A program made the translations under genes and the position numbers. A model generated the notes under the pieces. The model did no database searches. It was not told the origin of the DNA and saw only the letters and a list, made by a program, of their open reading frames with translations. Shown piece by piece: positions 57,913 to 64,000 of a stretch of DNA of 64,000 nucleotides. Source of the DNA: Zancudomyces culisetae HAW-14-8 (Eukaryota; Fungi; Kickxellomycota); contig JBNJNM010000023.1 in assembly GCA_052426225.1 (NCBI GenBank), forward strand, positions 62,001-126,000, given 5' to 3'. Position 1 is the first letter of the stretch. The number at the start of each line of letters is the position of its first letter.

Positions 57913-60900
57913 GCTTTAGATATGTATTCTATTAGCGCTTATAAAATAAGATTGAGTTGATAATTTTGGAACTAGTCTTATCAGACCTACCATCAGTTGA
58001 TATTATCTTTTTTTTTTTTGAAAAAAAGGGTATTGGAATGTGAACGAAACTTCCAACCGAGTTCCTCATCGTAGCTTTAGACGTATCTTACCTCCACATA
58101 TCCCATCGATTCATAATATTTCTCGTATAACTTTAGTACGGGTATATTGGAACTAGTGCTTGTTTACATTGGTATTTTACAAGATAATGCTTAGAATTTT
58201 AAAAGTTTTCCCATTATAAAAACGTACATACAAAGTTTAACTCGGTCAATACCAAAAGAATTAATAGATCGTTTAAATAAAAGACTATGACCCACGTTTT
58301 TGTTTTTTCTTTCTTAATATTGGAATGATTCACAAACTGTTGAATTAATTGTCGCATATAGAATACGCACTCTCAAAAAAGTCAAAATTGGTGCTAGCCC
58401 AATTTGTGACATCACTCAATTTGTGATATCTTGATACGCAACGATCCAATTTGTCCTAATGAAAAAGAACACATAATACTTTTGATATAATAAACTTGGA
58501 TTTGCTCACAAGGCGTTTTCCAAATTTTCTATGTGTAATTTTATTTTTGTTATTTCAAATATTGATTCCAATTTGCGATAAAATAAAGTGTATTGAATTT
58601 TTATTTGCCGCACAACTGGCCAGGTAAAATAAGAAAATAAAGAATTTGAATGGTCTTGTCACACATATCTCACAGGGCTAAGAATCAACTTGTAAGCCAT
58701 GATAATCACAGAATGAAAAGGTACGAAAAGACAGGTGTATTCTACCATAAATCATGATTGGGCATAGTGACCTAGATGCGGCCAATTTTCTTCACCCACC
58801 ATAGAAGCGCCAGATTTTTGAATATACCCTGTTCAAATGAAGTTCTTCCGGTGATTTTTTTTTGTTCTGCTTTTGGTAGTATGGCTTAATTACGTAAAAC
58901 TAAAACATAATATAAGCGCACTTCCAAAAAGGTTAGTTGGCGCTAATAAAATCAGGTTCATTAAGTATTTTAAGATTCGAGTAATTGAATGTACTAATTG
59001 AATGGCTTAGAGGCGGGTTAATGAGATAATAGGGAAAAAACACTTTTACAATTTACCAATATGCAAACTGGAAAGCTTAGCAATCGCCTTATAGTTTTCC
59101 CGCTTTTCAAAAAAAATTATAAAAAATCAAAAATGTTTTTTTTTTGCTCTATTTTCGCCATTCGTTTTAGAATATTGCCTTCAATTTGCTATTGTTTCGG
59201 TCAGAAGCAATAAACTTCTACCTATTATGTACAGATTTTGATTTTTCCCATAAATTTTAAAGCGGGTAAGTAGAAAAATGTGTTACCTACATGTATAAAA
59301 ATGAGGAATAATGAGCTAATTATGTTAGTTTTTTTTTCTCAGTGTACAAGCACAACTATTTCTTTTTTGTACTTTTGTAATGGGCCAATTTAGTTCAGCG
59401 GTTGAATCTTGATTTTAATTGAATTAAGAAGGGTGTGGGGAGCGGAGAGTGGAAAGTGGAGCTTAATTGATTGTTCAAATGCAAATGTCGAAAACAGAAG
59501 CGAAGATAACGTGACGTTTTTTACACATGTACACACAGCAATATGGCTGAATTTTTTTTAAGAAAGATGGTAAAAATGGTGTTTTCGCCATTTTTGTCTA
59601 AAAGTCTATCAGCGAGACCACCTGTGGCCGGTTTTGCATTGTTGTTATTTGATACTTTTCGTTTCTTTCTAGCATTGGTGGTAATTGCTGTATTTTTTCA
59701 CATTGAATTGTATAATCCAAAATTTCACTGCTTGCAGAATTCTATAGTAGTCCATCTAAATTTATTTTATTTCTGTGCTTTTTTGGCATTGTTTCATTAA
59801 CGCTTTCTACTGAAAAAAAAAGAATCGATTTTTAGATTATTATTTTGAAATTTAGGGTAGGAAGACCATTCGACAGGATAAAGTGTAATTGATAATAAAC
59901 AATGCCGTTTTAGTCAGAACTTTGGTTCGAAAAAACTATAAAAAGATACAACATTTTCCCTTTTATGAAAAAAATAAAAAAGTTTATAAACAGCTAAAAG
60001 CGAGCTATAACATTTGGTACTAAAGAAATTTAATATTAATACATCAACAACAAAGAATTAAAAGAAACAACACTATGCTTGGAGTCCACCAAAGGCTGGG
60101 ATCAATTCCCAAAGATAGGAGAGATATCTCGAACGTTCCTGATTTTACTGATGTGTCAAAGCGACCTATCCTTATTAGACCAAGGTAAATGGATGGTTAC
60201 TTGCAGTACTTTGGCAGGAAGGAACTGAGATTCGGAAAAAAGTTCACTACTAGTTTGGGTACTTGTAGCTATTACTACGCTTCATGTTATCTCGACACAA
60301 GCTGCCGACAGAGTGACTTTGTTTTTTTAACATATAAAAGCGCAGAAAAAAAAGCCTAACTTCGATTAACAGTTTTGTATTGATACTTAAATCACCTTTT
60401 ATATAGTTTTCTTATAACCGCGAAGGAATTGATAGGAAAGTAAGAAGAAAGGGATAAGATGGAATAAAATGGAATAAAATGGGATTGGATTGGATGGGAC
60501 CAAATATAAGAGAATGGAGAAAGAAAGTGATATTGGTAGTGGTAGTGGTAGTGGTACTAGTACTGGTAGTGGCAATAGTGATGAGACGAACAATAAAACC
60601 CGATTCCTATCTTATAGCAATTTCTTTTTAGTTTCTCGAAAATCACCTTTTAATAAGTTTTTGAAACGAAAAATAATGCACATAGTGTAGGGCGCTAATA
60701 TACTGTGTTAATTATATTAAACAAACTATTATTTCAAGATCGTTTTTTATTGTAAATAAAGCCAACCCAGCATTTTATTCATCCATAAAGAAACAATATA
60801 GAGCAGTGTTCTGCTTGAGTTTTCAGATTAAGTGAACAGTTTGTTGACCGAAAGTAACACATGAAAGGGACATTGATTGACAAAAATGATTTTAGCAGAA

Positions 60901-61091
60901 GCCATCTAGTTGGGAATTGTCCTCTAATACAAAGTGATTTGATGTACCTCGTTAAGGAGGGGGGAATAAAAGGACAGAGAAATAAGACTTTATTTCACAC
61001 ATAACAAGAATATACTATTTAAGACGACATATAAAGTATAATAATAATATAATATCAAGAGAGACAAGCCAAGAAAAAAGGGGAAGAGGAA

Positions 61092-62832
61092 CTACTGGTT
61101 GAACTCAGGAGCAGGATTGCCCTCAGAGTCGGGACCACCTTGGTCATAAGGTGATTTTGGAGGAGCGTCCTCAGCATCAGCAGAGCGAGCAACGGGATCG
61201 TCGCGTGATCTGCTTCGGCTTGGAGAACGGGAGACGCTCCTGGACCTGGATCTTGATTTAGAGCGAGATGGAGAGCGAGACCGACCCTGGCGGGCGGCAG
61301 GAGAGCCACTGTAGCTCCTTGAGCGAGCACCGGGACTTCTGTCACGCCTGCGCTCTTCACTTCTCTCCCGCTTTTCGGGGGATCTTGAGCGAGATCTAGA
61401 GCGAGAGTTGCGGCGCTCTCTGGAACGAGATCTTGAGCGCTTGCGGCTTCTCTCGCCAGAGTGGTCACGTCTGGACCTACGGTGGCTTCTATCTCTATCT
61501 CTATCTCTATCTCTGCCCCTTGATCTGCTGCGGCTTTCAGAACGGTCTCTACGGCTTCCCCTAATAAAATAGTTTATATAATAAAAGTTATAGAAATAAA
61601 ACGACTTGCCATTTTCAGCGGAGTTAAAAAGACTTTCATGCTGCGACTCGGAATGAAGTTCATCAAGCTTATAATATATTAGCCAAAGTCCAACCACCAT
61701 GTCTCCCTCTTTCAAATATTTTTGGGAAGCAAACAACATAATCTTTGCGTTGGGAAGGCGCAAAAAAATTCAAAACGACCACTGACTGAGTCCCCCCGTG
61801 CGGAACGACTTGCACCCGTGGCTAATCAATCAAGCCAGCTCTTGAGTTGCCGGCAGCTAGTTCCTGCTTGTTCTGGCCATCACGCTTCTACTGGCTTGAG
61901 CAACACTACGCGCTACTTTTGTTTCTCAACAGACCTGGGTCCAATTCAAACATCAACCCTGCTTCTACTACTTTGCTTTGAGTCAATATTGCTTCTATCT
62001 TCTCTCCAAAGCCTTCTTTTTATTTTTTAACTTTCTTTATTTTTCTCTTTTTATCTAATTTTTATTTCATTTTTTTTTACTTTTTCAATCTTTGATACCC
62101 TCTCACTCTTCACTACCAACTCTCCATCACCATCACTGTACTTTTTTCTTTTGTTTTCCGACTCTCATCTACACTTTTTACTGCTATGTTGCTCTCCTTA
62201 CATCCCTTTCTATCACTCTTTTTCTTTGTTCATCTCCCTTCCCTTTTCCTCAATTTAGCTCCCATTATTAATTTGTAAATATTTTGTACCATAAAAACAT
62301 TCTCCTCAAAGATAAAAATAATAATAACTTTTACTCACCTGTCAAATCTACCCCCAGTTCCTCTTGAAGAGCAATCTCTAGCCCAATGCCCCTCACGCCC
62401 GCACTTAAAGCATGTGTTGCTATCGGTGCTACGTCTGGCTCTTCCTTTGGCGTACTCTACTACTATTCTCCCCCCGCCTAATCTCATTCCATCTGCATCT
62501 TTCAGCGCATCCTCGGCATCCCGGCGATCTTCGTACTCAATAAAGCCGTATCCTAATATTTTACATTGTTTATTTACCTTCGATTCCACATCTATATACG
62601 TTTATTATTTATCCCTTACCTCTCTATTTAATACATTTATATATTTTTTTAGCTTTATTGTTATTTTTATTTTTGTACAAAATACCAATCTTCAAACAAA
62701 AACGCAATTAACACGTACCTTGATGTCACATCTTGATAGCTTTCCGTATCTGCTAAAAAGATCCTCCAACTCACTGCTTCTAATATCTCTTGGTAATCTA
62801 CCAACAAAAAGCTGTGATCCTCCTGAACTCAT
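61092..62832 (-). CDS. SR splicing factor, RRM + zinc knuckle + RS domain (SRSF7/RSZ-like architecture), 4 exons including a 4-nt microexon
   Basis: Exons 62832-62719, 62623-62620, 62552-62339, 61560-61092 give LFVGRLP..CDIKRGYGFIEYEDRRDAEDA..IVVEYAKG..CFKCGREGHWARDC followed by RS repeats. Confidence 0.92.
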
Positions 62833-64000
62833 TTTTACTTTGCTTCGTCTTTGATGTTGTATTTCCAAAAGAAATATCCAGATTTGAAAATATACAATAC
62901 AAAAATTTTCTTTGTTATTGTTGTACCTTTTCAATTTTTAGAAAAAAAAATTTTTTTTTTCCTCTCCAAACCACGAACTGAGTTTTCACCAAACTACAAA
63001 TCCAAGTAAATAAAAAAATTTTATTGCTTTTTATTTGCACTATTTATTTTTTTTAATACATGACCATATTAATAATTTTTATATTAGCTGTTATGTCTTC
63101 CAACAAACCTCTCCCCTTTCATCCTTCAACCACTCACTCGCCTCAGCAAATAAAAAAAAATGCTCAAATTTGGTTTAGTTTCCGAATTTTTTAGCGCATA
63201 AAATAATATAAAAATAAAAAATAATTTTATAGCTTTAGTTACATAATGTTATTACATTTTTAAATAATCGAAATACAAAGCAACCAATGGCTGTTATTTT
63301 GGGATTCTTATGCCCTGCAAAATTCTTCACTTTGGCATGGATTTTTTTTTATTATTTCGCGAATATCTGACTAGTTTACCGAAAAGTGATGACTTTTCAC
63401 ATTACTACGACATTAATCTGCTGTATTATTTTAACACTAAAGTTTGCGCTTCCTCCACCCTATTTCTTGTTTTGAGTCTAAACTTGAAATGCTACACCGA
63501 CATTCGATCCAAATACATAATATTTCCCAAACTAAAACTCTAAATACGCATATAAATAAAAGAGCTCAACAAATACCAAGCTCAAAGACTGTTTGCATCA
63601 TTGTACTTGTCCAACTGTTAGTTTAACTACAGATCTGCACAGTTCCAACATCTCTATCAAGCCTAATGATGTGTATTTTTTTATTGCCCGATTCCAATTG
63701 TTGATTCAAGTACACTTGATTCATCAACTTTTTTTGTAAATATTTGCTGTTATATACTTGTTTCTGTAAATATACATCAAAAGCTCATCTTTTTTTCAAG
63801 TATATAAAAAAAAAGTATCTAATGCGTATAACCATTTCCTCATTGTAAGGTTAGATACATATTTAGAAAACAGTGAAACGAAATAACACTAGCTATTGTA
63901 CAACAAGCATGGTTTTTTAGCTATCGACGCCAATCAGTTCACATTGTTGCCTCATGTATCATTACCACTGCTATCCAAGTCATGGTGATTTTTTTTGTAA

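Noticed and set aside
59382-59450. tRNA-like 5' half (A-box TAGTTCAGCGG, D-stem and anticodon-like stem)
   Set aside because: No T-arm/B-box (GTTCRA) and no complementary acceptor 3' strand.
61741-61800. ATCTTTGCGTTGGG resembling the U4 snRNA 5' end
   Set aside because: Lacks the U4 5' stem-loop/K-turn, stem I sequence and a correctly placed Sm site.
1-64000. Selenoprotein gene, SECIS or tRNA-Sec (Harpellales are known to use Sec)
   Set aside because: No in-frame TGA in a redox motif and no convincing SECIS seen by eye; SECISearch/Secmarker would be needed to exclude it.

Overview
AT-rich, intron-containing eukaryotic DNA from a fungus. Gene content (secreted tyrosinase, His-brace LPMO-like protein, Gly/Leu-repeat secreted protein, this LINE type) suggests an early-diverging Zoopagomycota/Harpellales-type insect-gut fungus; that assignment is inference. 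About 20 host genes are supported: Yippee, HVA22/REEP-like, Dma1 FHA-RING, kelch, mucin-like secreted protein, tyrosinase, cytochrome P450 reductase, Nudix, SDR, LPMO-like, Las1, Mo25/Hym1, fasciclin, eIF1A, an orphan, Ubc13, NDUFAF8, Tvp15-like, eL8 and an SR splicing factor. There is also a nested, head-to-tail cluster of LINE retrotransposons with one apparently intact copy. Most interesting signals: (1) multi-kb purine-to-pyrimidine strand-skew inversions that flip in mid-gene regardless of transcription direction; (2) a large, highly structured eL8 intron with a candidate poison exon whose donor is partly sequestered in a stem; (3) an SR gene needing a 4-nt microexon and carrying a structured intron with GC-type donors; (4) a covarying three-stem RNA element at the LINE 3' end and apparent LINE-into-LINE insertion; (5) a tyrosinase whose C-terminus lies in the -1 frame. 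Exon coordinates and base pairings were read by eye and need computational confirmation.
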